A stretch of DNA of 63,907 nucleotides, counting the filler, from Lenisia limosa (taxonomy: Eukaryota > Protista > Breviatea), in assembly GCA_001655205.1 (NCBI GenBank). It is 11 parts of 11 records of this genome, joined end to end, with 100 filler letters (N's around TTAATTAATTAA, not from the genome) between each part and the next. Parts side by side here need not be neighbours in the genome. Positions count along the whole stretch, not along the records: positions 1 to 24,608 come from LPNZ01007785.1; positions 24,709 to 35,516 come from LPNZ01008229.1; 9 more parts are not named here. The stretch is one strand, 5' to 3'. Each line of letters begins with the position of its first letter. Within the stretch, counting starts at the first letter, position 1. The notes under the pieces were generated by a model. That model ran no database searches and was not told where the DNA came from. It worked only from the letters and a program-made list of their open reading frames with translations. Positions 12,701-24,774 of this stretch are shown piece by piece. The position numbers and the translations under genes were made by a program.

Positions 12701-13850
12701 ATTATTATTACATTTTGTGAGCAATTTTTACGAATGCTAAGTGATTTAGCCATTACATGCACCTATCCCATCTTACCACCCAGCATTGGGGAACCTTCAA
12801 GATGACCGGAGAGGACGAGACCCACCCCCCGGCCGTTCTCAAAGAAGCAATGCAGCAATGGAAGACAGGCTTCCTTCCTCCCCCAGGTAATTCAGGGCTA
12901 CGGTGGCTTATAATTGCTACTCCGTGATAAACTCCTTAGATTTATGTCCATTCGTTTTCGCTTTTATTTGAATCGCAAAAACGCCAAGTGTTGTCAAAAT
13001 AATAGCTATTCACGGGATATTTCACTTGCGTAAAAGTATATAATATGTTCAGCCCTGATGTACCCGAGCTTTACGTCGCCTAAGCCAATCAACATTTCCA
13101 CCAAGGGGCTCTTTCCTCCCAAGTAAGCGCTGGGTCATTCAACTTTGTTTTGAACGGAGTTGTTATATTGTGTATCCTGATTTTGTTTGTCAAAACCTCA
13201 CCTTGAAGCCACCTTCCGGGAGAGATTCTGACATCTCCGACCGATCCTGAGAAAACACTGTCAAGGTTGGTAGATTGGTCTCCTTCATCCAATAGTGAAG
13301 GCATATCGCATTCCATTTTCATATTGGATCTTGAACCCTGATTTATATTACGCAGGGTTTCTTTGCACTTTAATCGAGTGGCACACTACGACTCCATTCC
13401 TTCTCATGAAACGGTAGTGGGATATTTGAGGGAGAAGGGAGGGGATAATGGGTATTCATTGAGCGCATGATGCAAGTTCCCAATGAAACGAAACTTGCTG
13501 TATATAGCTATGTGTTTATTGGTACATGATAACATTGTAGACTGAACCGCCAGCCAAGAAGAAATGCCAACGGGATCAGCCTTCAGTAAAAGACTGGGCA
13601 CAGCATCTTGAGGTCTGGGTGTGTCTCATTTCTTTAATCTGAAGTCTCCAATCTTTCCTCTGTTTTTTTTTTTTTGCAGTCAAAGGCCCATTTGACCATG
13701 TAGGAATTTCCCCTGTCTGTCCATTGGAGCAATATTGTAGACAAGGAGGAGTCGGACCCCTCCGCTGAAATGCACAAAGAATCTTCGTCATTCGAACACA
13801 TTGCCGCCAACCACCCCATATTTGTTAAGTTCGAGGACCTCAAGGCTTGA
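9747..13850 (+). CDS. NAPEPLD: N-acyl-phosphatidylethanolamine phospholipase D-like metallo-beta-lactamase (both ends uncertain; may stop at 13126)
   Basis: Spliced exons give WLGHATFLLKYGNFSIMTDPCFSRASPFSFAG, SHTHYDH (HxHxDH), KKVVELAWWQSV, HWSSRTLFDDMKEGWCGFV, VYFSGDTGY, LPIGAYTPRWFM and HWGTFKMTGE. These are the motifs of the NAPE-PLD/RomA family in the expected order. Confidence 0.85.
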
Positions 13851-14169
13851 GTCTCACTGTTTTCTTCTGTTTTCTTTGTTTTTTTTTTGAAATTTTTGGC
13901 TATTTATTCTTTTCTTACATCGAAAACTCCCAAAACGTTGCCATTGTATATTTTAGGCAATACTTGACTGTGTTTAATTTCATAAATCACATCGTAGACA
14001 AAAAAGATTAAATAAACCTAACATAGTTTGCATGAGGGGCCAGCGTCAGTGGCACAGTTTATTGTTCTGAATTAATTCGGTGGTGAACGAACGGTCCGTT
14101 CGTTCATACCTACAAATTAATCAGTGAGGCAGCTAAAAAAAAAAAATCTGAAACAACATTGAAGTAGAC

Positions 14170-16145
14170 GTGTCAATTACCATTTGTGTTCAGGCTGCCT
14201 TGAGGCCTCTATTTCGGCGTTTATTCGATCTTGCTCAATCTGAATGGCCTGGTTTGGTGTTAATTGTCTTAGCAATGAGTCAAGGTGGTTGACCAAATAT
14301 ATAGATACTCTCTCCTCACCGAGTTTTTATGGATATCCCACCAACTTGATTCCTGAGCATTTGCAGCTGATGTTCGCATTCAGTTAGGAGACTATCATCT
14401 TTATGCTACAAAGTGATGCATAAAACCTTCGTAGTGTCAATCGAGTCAATAAGTGAAGTGTTAACAGTCAGCGTTTACAAAAGTATGAAGAAAATTCCAC
14501 CTGTTGCCCCTACCTGGTAAACATACGTTCCTTGAGGAGTCCCAACCCCCAAAGAGCCTTCAACTAAACAGTAAAAATCATCAAGTAATGCAATTTATAA
14601 TCTCCATGTTTGGGTTGAAAGAAAAAAAAAAAAAACCTCTCAATTTCCCATTTCCATACATGTGAAACCTCCCCAAGTAGCCTACCAAGTGGAGGGTGAA
14701 GGGTGTGTGGTTCAGGGTGGTCTAGCCGTATGGTGGATTCCGGAGCTGCCCCAACCAAGTTAATTGTCGAGGCTCGGGGTACCGTCTGGTGGAGAAGGGT
14801 GAAGATTAATTAATTGAAACAGCTCAGAATTATGACGTAAGAGCAACCAGGACTGATTCATCTAGGACTAAAGTCATGTGGCGAAAAGTATTCAAATATG
14901 AATTGTGATATTTGATTAGGTTAACATGATAGAAAAACTAGGTGGCAGAATAACTGAGACAAGAATTCGAAGTTTTGAAAGTGGTTTTAGTTTCCAACCT
15001 GCGACGCTGCCAAAGGTGCACCTTCAGGAACTTCACGAATATTACCGTTCTAAGGGAAAATATACATAATGACTGAAATGAAATGGTTCAATGAGAAAGA
15101 GGACAATACTACATAATGACTGAAATGAAATGGTTCAATGAGAAAGAGGACAATACTTACATCACAGAATCCGGCAACTTCATCATAAGGATATAATATT
15201 ACTTTTTTTGCTTCAGTTCTTAGACTATAAGGAAATTTATCCCAATACTCTCATCAAATCTTACCTGGTAGAAATCCTTGGAGTTTTGTGGTACTTCAGC
15301 TGTGTAATTACAATTAGAAATGAATGATCTTAAACCAGAAAAAGAGAAAACTAGAGGTATTAAAACCTGATGTTCTTCACTGATATGCCATTATCCCCAC
15401 GCTCAAGGAAATCTTCAACCATGGCGTCCTCCTCTCTTTGTCGTGATGTGGAACTAATATTCTAAAGAGATCACTGTTTACAGAAAATGACCTCAGTAAT
15501 GACACTAAAATTAGAAGAAAGTGAAATGAATAATGAAATGATAGTTTTGCCCTACATCATCACGGGTTGAAGTGCGGGTTCTTCTACAAGGTATAATCGG
15601 CTTGTGTGTTTCCTATGTTGAATATGAGAGGCATTGGAACACTAGAAAGGCAAACAAAACATGGGTCCCTCAATAGAGCAGATTTTTTGACTCCCACCAA
15701 CAGCGCGATCATGCAGCGTGCTTGCATTAGGCCTCAGCACCACGCTGAGATTAGAACCACGCATGGCTTGGTCCGATGTTCCGTGCTGATTTTATAACAT
15801 GACATTCGTTGAAATGGACTCAACAGAAGGAAAATTAACAAAGAAATAAAGTCAAATTTTCATCATATAGCAATATTTAGATATCATATGATATACATAA
15901 TTATATAAAAACAATATAGGAGCTTACAAAGACAGTGTATGGCGAAATCACCTCAAAACGGTCGCCTTCATCCTCATTTTGCGTCCTATTGGTTGTGAAA
16001 GTAAGAAAAGAACGAGGTGATAATAAGTTGAATTTGGATCTTGGATCCTATATCCTTCCAGCCGGCATTGCTCACTTCCTCGGGATGGTGTGGGCCATTG
16101 TCCACTCGGAGCTGACTTGTGTCGTGTGTTTGGCCGCCAGCATCT
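14170..16145 (-). CDS. Hypothetical multi-exon protein, no recognisable domain
   Basis: Series of short AG/GT-bounded open segments on the minus strand (EDAGGQTHDTSQLRVDNG, TQNEDEGDRFE, REEDAMVEDFLERGDNG, EVPQNSKDFYQ, NGNIREVPEGAPLAASQ, AIQIEQDRINAEIEASR). Start, stop and phases are not fully resolved. Confidence 0.45.
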
Positions 16146-16486
16146 TCTGTGGGCTGAGTTGAATATTACTCCAGAATTCCTGTCTCTCTATGTGTTCTCC
16201 TTTGTTGGGTTACTTTTCGAATTGTAAATATAGATAAATTGAAAGATTTGGGAAAAAAAGGCCTCAATCTCAAAATATTTTTCATCAAAAAGGCAAAGTG
16301 ACTGGATTGTAATTTCGTAACTAGAAAAAGGGTAAAAAATTTGAAAAAAAAGCATTATTTATCACAATTTGTTGTTAATTAGTAGTGTATATTAAAATTA
16401 GCGGTAATCTGTGACGCGTGCAGCTGTCTGCGTTACGTCCTTGAAAGCTCTAAGGGTTTTGGGAGGCTCCTGTTCAGCAAAACAGG

Positions 16487-19400
16487 ATGTCTGTTGTCAA
16501 AATCAATGTATTATTAGGGCGAGACGAGCACGGAACAACTACATATAAAGACCCCGTCCAAGCGACAATCAATGGAAATCACGTAGGCGATCTGAGGAAA
16601 TTCATGATATTTTAGCCATTCTTCTATATATCGGAGATTTTATGGCAGAAAGTCGTTTGTGGAGTTCAAAATGCAGACGCAGACGCCTCGGGTGAGTCTT
16701 CCCCCTGGCATTTGGTGTTTTAACACATTTAGAGCCCGAAAAACGTAGCAGTCCAACGACTCAATGGGATTTGGAGGTAAGATCCACAACCGTCGGGTTC
16801 AGGATAGCATTCCATTGTTTTTGGTCCTTTCGAAATCTTGCTGTTCCTACATGGGCCGAAAAGTGACGGATATGATAGATGTTGATGTGATTGATTGCTT
16901 CGTGGCCTTTAGCGTAATTGTTATATTGCCCGTTCTTGAGTATTTTCCTTTTACAATTCTAATTGTATTCACCCGAATTTCAAACTAATCCGTTTAAATC
17001 TGTTGCTGGCTTTGCAGTCTTTGATATGTGTCCTGTTTTGGGTGTTGGTTTTAAGCTAGCAAACTAGTATTATTTTGTTATCCGTCTATATTCGCCTTAA
17101 AAGAAAGAAGATTTGATTTTTTTTTTTGGCTTGTACTTGTTTTTATTGTTACGGCTGGGTTGTGTGTTTCTAAGCACACTCATTGAAANNNNNNNNNNNN
17201 NNNNNNNNNNNNNNNNNNNNNNNNNNNNNNNNNNNNNNNNNNNNNNNNNNNNNNNNNNNNNNNNNNNNNNNNNNNNNNNNNNNNNNNNNNNNNNNNNNNN
17301 NNNNNNNNNNNNNNNNNNNNNNNNNNNNNNNNNNNNNNNNNNNNNNNNNNNNNNNGCATGAGCCGCAAGACTGGGTGCTGTCAACAACGGACAGCATCTA
17401 CCTTGAGGATGAGGTCGACATCGCCAAGTACTGTATTAATGGTATGCTCTGTTTGTAATGCTGGTTGTAATGTGCATAGAATTGGAGGGCAAATAATTGG
17501 GCGAATTTTTCAAACCCAATATCTCTGATAAGTATGATGGTGAAAGTGTGGACGGTTTCGGCCAGATGCAACCTTAATTTTTATTTCTCTTTTCTCAATT
17601 TATTTGTTGTTCCGTTGCATTATATATTGCATTTTACTTATCTGCGGCGTAGGCCACACACTGAGGCTGACCCTGCACCCTGTCGTAATTGCGGAAGAGG
17701 TAATCAAGCTATTCACAAACGAAGACACACCCGAGGCTGATACGAAGAGGGAAATCTATTCACTCAAGAAAAGACTGAAGGTGGGTTATTGACAACACAA
17801 GCAACAGTTATCGCATAATATATATATTATCTGATATGTATTATGTATGTCATTATATTGAGACTTTGTTGGTGCATTGAAAGAGGAAGTGTTGTTGTCT
17901 TCGTTACCCTTTATTAACGTGGTGACGTGGACGCCTTCGGACGGATGCGTCTATTTTTCTCATCCTATTTAGGACCCCATCTTTGCCTTGGAGTTCATCA
18001 ACCAGGAAGGTGTTCAGGTAAAAGGGATGTCCCCCTACTCTGGGGGTTGAAATTTTGGGGTGTGCCTCCCCCCCCCCCCCNNNNNNNNNNNNNNNNNNNN
18101 NNNNNNNNNNNNNNNNNNNNNNNNNNNNNNNNNNNNNNNNNNNNNNNNNNNNNNNNNNNNNNNNNNNNNNNNNNNNNNNNNNNNNNNNNNCAGCAAGTAC
18201 ACAGAACTATGCGTTGCAGTGTCTCCAACTGGCCCTCGGGTATGCTGGAGTGTTGGACAACTGGCCCTCGGGTATGCTGGAGTGTTGGACAACTGGCCCT
18301 CGGGTATACTGAGTGTTGGACGACTGGCTTTCGGGTATGCTGAGTGTTGGACAACTGGCCCTCGGGTATGCTGAGTGGTGGACAATTGGCCGAGGTTATT
18401 GGAGTTGTTGTTTTTGTCTTCTTTACCCATGTGGATTGTATCGCTGGTTTTTTTCACCCCCACAGTTATGAACGTGGTATGGAGGTGATCTTGTCAGACG
18501 CCGATCTCGTTGAAAAGCTCTTTTCCCTGCTCGAATCCGAGAGAGTTAGAGGGGGGGGGGGGGGNNNNNNNNNNNNNNNNNNNNNNNNNNNNNNNNNNNN
18601 NNNNNNNNNNNNNNNNNNNNNNNNNNNNNNNNNNNNNNNNNNNNNNNNNNNNNNNNNNNNNNNNNNNNNNNNNNNGACAATTAACCATTTTTGGTGATTG
18701 CGATCCTTAACCATTTTAGGTGGTTGTGATCCGGCATGCCCTTGAACTCCTTTTTGTGCTTGTCTCAATTTCCGGAGTGGAAAGATCGTATCAGCTTATC
18801 CACAAAGCCCATAAGAACTACTGTAGAGGTCAGATTGTTATTTCACTTCCGTCAGATTGTTATTTTCCTCATGCATTTAGGTCACGGGTCGGTTCCTTAC
18901 CAGCGTATTGTCGACCTCATTAAGAATCCCGACCTTGACACCCAGGTCAATGCGTTGACGCTCCTCAACCAGTGGGACGTATTCAGATATGAACTATCAA
19001 AAACATATCATATAAAGGAGTTAACAATGAGAACATAATTGGATTCATATACACCATCTAGCATATCGATTATATATTTACTCCACCAGGCTCCTTGAGA
19101 ACGCTCCTTCCGAACACAAAAGGGGGAAACTCTTGGGGCGTTACACTGAACTTGGCATTGTCCCTGTGCTTGAAGCCAATTGCAGTACGAGGGTGTTATT
19201 AGCATGCGGATCTAGCAAGGTTTTTTGTACTACTCTTGATTATGCAGATCGCAGTCTTTGCTTTTGTGTTGTTTACTCTTTCAGATTTGATCAATGACGC
19301 GTTTCAAAAGCAGCTGTCCTTCTTTGAGGTAAGAAAAGAGTCTGTCTTTGTGCCATCCTTAGAAAGCTTTAACGGTTGAAATGGATTAACCCATCATGTA

Positions 19401-22400
19401 GCTTTCGAGTAACATTTCTGTGCACCCCGACCATCCCAACGAGGACGGCAACAGCCTGCCAGTTATGTACAAGAACGCGCTTGCAGACATTAAGGTAAGA
19501 AGAGGCATTCAAAAGAGCCAGCAATGTGGGTGTCCAGACTTGAGCTTTATGTTAACCTTCATGTATTTGATCCCCCCCCCCCCCCCNNNNNNNNNNNNNN
19601 NNNNNNNNNNNNNNNNNNNNNNNNNNNNNNNNNNNNNNNNNNNNNNNNNNNNNNNNNNNNNNNATCGAGGTGCTCAGACTGCAGGATGCACTCAAAACTG
19701 TGGGCTCCCCCTTCGCACTTGGGCACGGCAAATATGGGGAATAGCGTTAAGTCATCTTCACCATTTCGGACAGCACTTTTTCGTAGAGGAAATCCTGGGG
19801 GGGGCTGAGGGTAAACGTTTGGATTGTTATATTCCATAATAATAATCAAGCTTAAATGTGGGGTTACATATTCCAGTCCTTCCCCACGGGCTGTCTATTT
19901 TTTATTTTGTTTCATACATTTTCCCATTTTACCCCCCCCCCCNNNNNNNNNNNNNNNNNNNNNNNNNNNNNNNNNNNNNNNNNNNNNNNNNNNNNNNNNN
20001 NNNNNNNNNNNNNNNNNNNNNNNNNNNNNNNNNNNNNNNNNNNNNNNNNNATGCACCGACAAAGCGAATCCAATTCCAAACGGTATTTGGGATATATGTG
20101 CATACAATGACCAGGATAAGTCTTGACGATTTGTTATCTGATATCCCAAGAAAAATCGGTCTAGACTTATCCCGGTCACAATATGATGAAACGAAATATT
20201 CTCCCAGTAGTATGGCAATGTTGGGTATGGCAACACTATATTATTACAACATTCTAGGAGGACGATCGACGAGAGCCTGTGGTTGCCACAACCAAGCCCG
20301 GGCCCGTGGACCTTATGGAGTTGAAAGGTGGGGTCAAGAAGACTGGCATATCAGAGGATTTGCCACCACTAAGGTGTAGGTTAACGTTAATATTGAACAA
20401 CTATTCCACTGTTGGCCATGGACTTTGTTCTGCTACTGACTGCTTCAGAGAATTCCGAAACCTCAAAAGACGACAAGGTGTACCAGGAGCTTATTAGGAA
20501 AAAGGTAGAGACTTTGCAGTTTCACTTCTCTCAGTACTGTTTTTTTACCCTCCTTTGTAGACCGACAAGATCAAGACCCTTGAGGAGCGCGTGTCCAATC
20601 TTGAAATAGACCTCAAAAAGGCCCAGGAAGCCCCCCCGCCAGCTCCTGGTGAGTGGATCGTGTACCCCTTTGCATCTTTTTTCTGTCAAACTCTCCTACT
20701 CTCCCTCCATCATACCTAATGTCACCTCACCCCAGTTGTTTCTTTTTTTTGTTTCTGTCAGCCAACAGAGTTTTTTTGGGCTTTTTTTCTCTCGTTTCAT
20801 CAATTTTCCAATTTTACCCCGCTCCCCCAGTCGCCCCCATTGTTGCAGCCGCTGCGGTTGGTGCCGTAGCCGGTGCCGGGGCAGCTACTGTGGCAAAATC
20901 TGATGAGGTGGGGGGGACAGGAAATTTGGCATTTCTGCTAGGAATTGAAATTGCAAAGCAAAAAACAAAGGAATAACACCACGAATTAACACATTTTATT
21001 GTTGAGAGATACTCCGTGTTTTTCAGATGTCAGAGGATATTGTATGTAAAACAGTTAGAGGTTCAGGAAGGATATCTCACATTCCAACTCACAAATTTTA
21101 ACGACATGATATGTATATGCATTCTGGTAATAACCTGGTAGGGAGCCGCGAGTGACGCTCCCAAGGTCGAACCTCCCTCCGACACCCCCGCTGGTTTGTT
21201 GGAAAAGTTGAAGCTGGTTAAATACCTATAATAGATTATAGTATGATATCGATATTGTAATATGATTTGCGATTTGTGATACAGAGAATGGCCACATCAT
21301 ACATATCATACCAGATTGAGATTTAAATAATTACGTTTCAGATGATTCTGCACCCGCTACACCCGAGGAACCCGCTCCAGTTGCCGGAGGTAAGGCCGGA
21401 TTAACAAGATAAGGTAGATTCCTCTCCTTTTTGTTGAACTCTACCATTTTATTTTTTTTGGATTTTCCTTGTCTATCTGCCCTCCCTTTGTTTTTAAGAT
21501 ACAAATCTAATCCGCATATCAGCTAGAATACGCACAATGTTATGTAATTTTGTTTGAGGCCCATTTGACACATTAGGACCTCCACCACCGCCGCCCCCTC
21601 CCGATGCCTCCGGTGAGTTGGCCGCCATAATGAGGGGGAATTAGTTGAGAGTAAACAGAATTGCAAGGCTAGCTGGGTTAAGAAAATCAAGTGCTGCTCT
21701 ATTTAGTATGCAATTAATAGGTTTGCATGCTTATTGTGGTTTTCTTGCTGTTTTTTTTTTGAGAGGTTTTTTATTGTAAGGAAGCCCTACGTACAACATA
21801 GAAGTATCAATAGCTCTTTTCCTGATCCCGACTGTTTGTTCACCGCATAGGAGCCCCGCCGCCGCCGCCACCACCACCCCCGATGATGGGAGGAGGTATG
21901 AGGAGGAAATGGGACCAATACAGGTCTTTAAACCTTTAGTTATCTTGTTTCTCTCTTATTCAAACAGCTTTATTTTTCATTGCTATAAAATATCTTATGC
22001 AAACAGTCAGAGCATTGCAGTCTTTATCCAAAGTTTTCAACAAATTCCCTTGGTTTTTCAAAATATTCAGGCCCCATGCCGCCGCCGCCGCCGCCGCCAC
22101 CCGGAGGTGGTATGCTGGTTCTCACAGCACTTCAGCTGAATTTTCTCAATTCTCTATATTATATCAGTGAAAATTATCTTATGGGAGATACTTACTGTTT
22201 ATTGCTGTTGTCATTTTTGTTTACTTCTTGCTGTTGGTCTCATTCGAACGCAAAACAAGCATAAAGGTTGTCAGGCGTTTAACTANNNNNNNNNNNNNNN
22301 NNNNNNNNNNNNNNNNNNNNNNNNNNNNNNNNNNNNNNNNNNNNNNNNNNNNNNNNNNNNNNNNNNNNNNNNNNNNNNNNNNNNNNNNNNNNNNNNNNNN

Positions 22401-24517
22401 NNNNNNNNNNNNNTCAGAATACATCATGTGGACATGCAAGTAATGACATCATTCATGCTTCAGGGCCGCCTCCACCGCCCCCACCCCCTGGAGGAGGTTT
22501 GAGGGAATATGGGCTACTCTGGCTGCAAAAACATAGTTTTGCGTGATATTGTATATCATATCAAAATGATAAGGGTATATCCTAAATAGTACTTCCTTTG
22601 TGGTGTGGACGGCCTCGGGTGTACGTGACGTTCTGACATTTTCTTGCTTGGGTTTAAAAACGATATAATAGCCAGACTCGTGTATTCCTATCATCCCCTC
22701 ACTTTGCAGGACCTCCGGGTCCGCCACCGCCGCCCGGCATGGGAGGACCTCCCCCTCCCCCTGGTAGGAGAAGGATGCCCATTGCCCTATGTAATTGATG
22801 TCGTTTTTTTTTGTTTTTTTCAACCCTTGTGTTTCTCAAATGTTTATCCAGCAGAGTTGATTCTGGGTTTTGTTTTCATCTTGCCCCCAATATTTCATTT
22901 TACTAAGCGACTGGCCTGGCCTCTTTTATTGTTTTCAGCCCTCCTGTGTTGTTAGCCGACAGAGTTGATTTTGAGTTCTTTTTTTTGTTTGTTTCAGAAC
23001 TTGCCTATTATTTACCCCTCCCCCAGGAATGATGGCGTTCAACCAGCCGCGCAAGAAGAAGATTGTCTTGGAGCAGAAGATGAAGCCGTTGTACTGGAAG
23101 AGGGTGCTGGTGCCCGAGACGGCCAAAACCACAAACGGCTCCAAGCCGGTCTGGGCCGACTTGAAGGTGGGCGGTTGAAACTTGTTGGACGATTCGTTTG
23201 AAATGGATGAGTAGCATATCATGTGCACATTTGAGGATAAATTTTAGTATTGAAATATGGAATTAATACATAATATCATACGTATACGTATACATAGTAT
23301 GATATGATGTGATATATAGTGTGGAATCAACTGGAGTGGTCCATTAGTAGACCAAATGAATTTCTTATTGTGAGGCTGACCATTTAGGAACTCGAGATCG
23401 ACCTGAAGGTTCTTGACGAAACGTTCTGCCAGAAGAAAACAGCCCCCACCAAGAAGATTGCTTCAGCCAAAAAGGACGTTTTCACCCGAATTCTTGACCC
23501 CAAACGTGCCCAGGTCAGCAAGAGACAATCTGGGCGCCAACAACTCTGATCATGAAGTTCTCTTGACCCACATTTTGTTGACCGCTCCAGGCCCTTGCCA
23601 TCATGCTCAGCCGCCTCCCACCCACCCCCGCCATCCTTACCGNNNNNNNNNNNNNNNNNNNNNNNNNNNNNNNNNNNNNNNNNNNNNNNNNNNNNNNNNN
23701 NNNNNNNNNNNNNNNNNNNNNNNNNNNNNNNNNNNNNNNNNNNNATGGGCAATATGACAAACTTTGTTTTCGCGCACCACAATACTGTTATATCTTATTG
23801 ATTGGACATGGGGATTGTTAATGAATTCTCGGTGTTCGGTTTTAATGACCAGCTGCATCTGGGTCGAATCTTTTCTATTTTCTTATAGTGAACCTCTTCA
23901 TTTTGATCTTGTCCCTTCACCAAGCAGGTTCTCTCGAGGGACGATATTAAGGCGCTTCTTCTCAACTTCCCAACTGCCGATGAGACTGCTCAGGTCAAGG
24001 ACGTGGGGGGGGGGGGGNNNNNNNNNNNNNNNNNNNNNNNNNNNNNNNNNNNNNNNNNNNNNNNNNNNNNNNNNNNNNNNNNNNNNNNNNNNNNNNNNNN
24101 NNNNNNNNNNNNNNNNNNNNNNNNNACTTTTCACATCCCTTTAGGCTGCAGAGTCATCGAAGTACGATAAGGCTGAGCAGTTCGTGTTGGACTTGGCGAA
24201 ATTGGAAAAAGTGAGTGGTCTTTTGCAAGTGGAGTTCCAAACTGTGATTTGTTTTTGAAATTATCAATTCTCTCTTATTTTTAGTGCTACAGAAGCGACT
24301 GACCCGGGTGTTATGTTGTTATCAACCCTTGTGTGTTGTCAGCCATCAGAGTTGATTTGGCTTCTTTTTTTTTTGTTTCATAAATTTTCCAATTTGACTC
24401 CCCCCCTCCTCCTCCCAGGCTCAGGAAAGACTCCGTTCATGGGCATTCAAGCAGACCTATTTGGAGAAGGTGGAGGAGATTGGACCTCCTCTCGTCCTTG
24501 TTCAGAAGGCCTCGAAG
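16487..24517 (+). CDS. Formin with FHOD-type N-terminal GBD/FH3 region, FH1 and FH2 domains (3' truncated at contig end)
   Basis: ATG 16487 (MSVVKINVLLGRDEHG). N-terminal exons EIYSLKKRLK|DPIFALEFINQEG, NYALQCLQLALG|YERGMEVIL, VVIRHALELLFVLV and DLDTQVNALTLLN resemble the FHOD1/3 armadillo region. Poly-Pro FH1 exons lie at 21577-22763. FH2 exons read KMKPLYWKRV, ILDPKRAQ|ALAIMLSRLP, LLLNFPTADE, DKAEQFVLDLAKL and RLRSWAFK. Confidence 0.88.
18226..18395 (+). repeat. 31-32-bp minisatellite x5.4 starting at a formin exon end and splice donor
   Basis: Unit CAACTGGCCCTCGG|GTATGCTG(G)AGTGTTGGA repeated directly. Confidence 0.9.
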
Positions 24518-24608
24518 GTGGGGAGTATATGAAGCTCATTTCCACCCTCATAAAGGTGCCACCCCTTCCCTTCCTCCTCTTTAACTCCCCCCCCTCCTCC
24601 CTTGTGCT

Positions 24609-24708
24609 NNNNNNNNNNNNNNNNNNNNNNNNNNNNNNNNNNNNNNNNNNNNTTAATTAATTAANNNNNNNNNNNNNNNNNNNNNNNNNNNNNNNNNNNN
24701 NNNNNNNN
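24609..24708. other. Artificial 100-bp contig spacer (44N-TTAATTAATTAA-44N); ten such spacers in the window
   Basis: Identical construct with cores at 24653, 35561, 47994, 53025, 54741, 55992, 58145, 59663, 61144 and 62825. The core places stop codons in all six frames, and genes are cut off on both sides. Confidence 0.95.
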
Positions 24709-24774
24709 CTCACCTTTTTTTTTTACGAATTAGCAAAAATTGGCCATTTGAGTTGTTTACCCCCCCCCCTCCAG

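Noticed and set aside
13356-13413. HYDSI motif suggesting an OTU deubiquitinase
   Set aside because: No upstream DGNC catalytic motif was found in any plausible exon.
9400-16400. Possible endogenous virus or large transposon, suggested by different texture and lack of long ORFs
   Set aside because: The region resolves into ordinary spliced genes (NAPE-PLD-like and an orphan). I found no capsid, integrase, polymerase or transposase motifs and no terminal repeats.
24653-24664. TTAATTAATTAA as a biological motif (PacI-like or piggyBac TTAA site)
   Set aside because: It is always centred in exactly 44 N on each side, so it is an assembly spacer.
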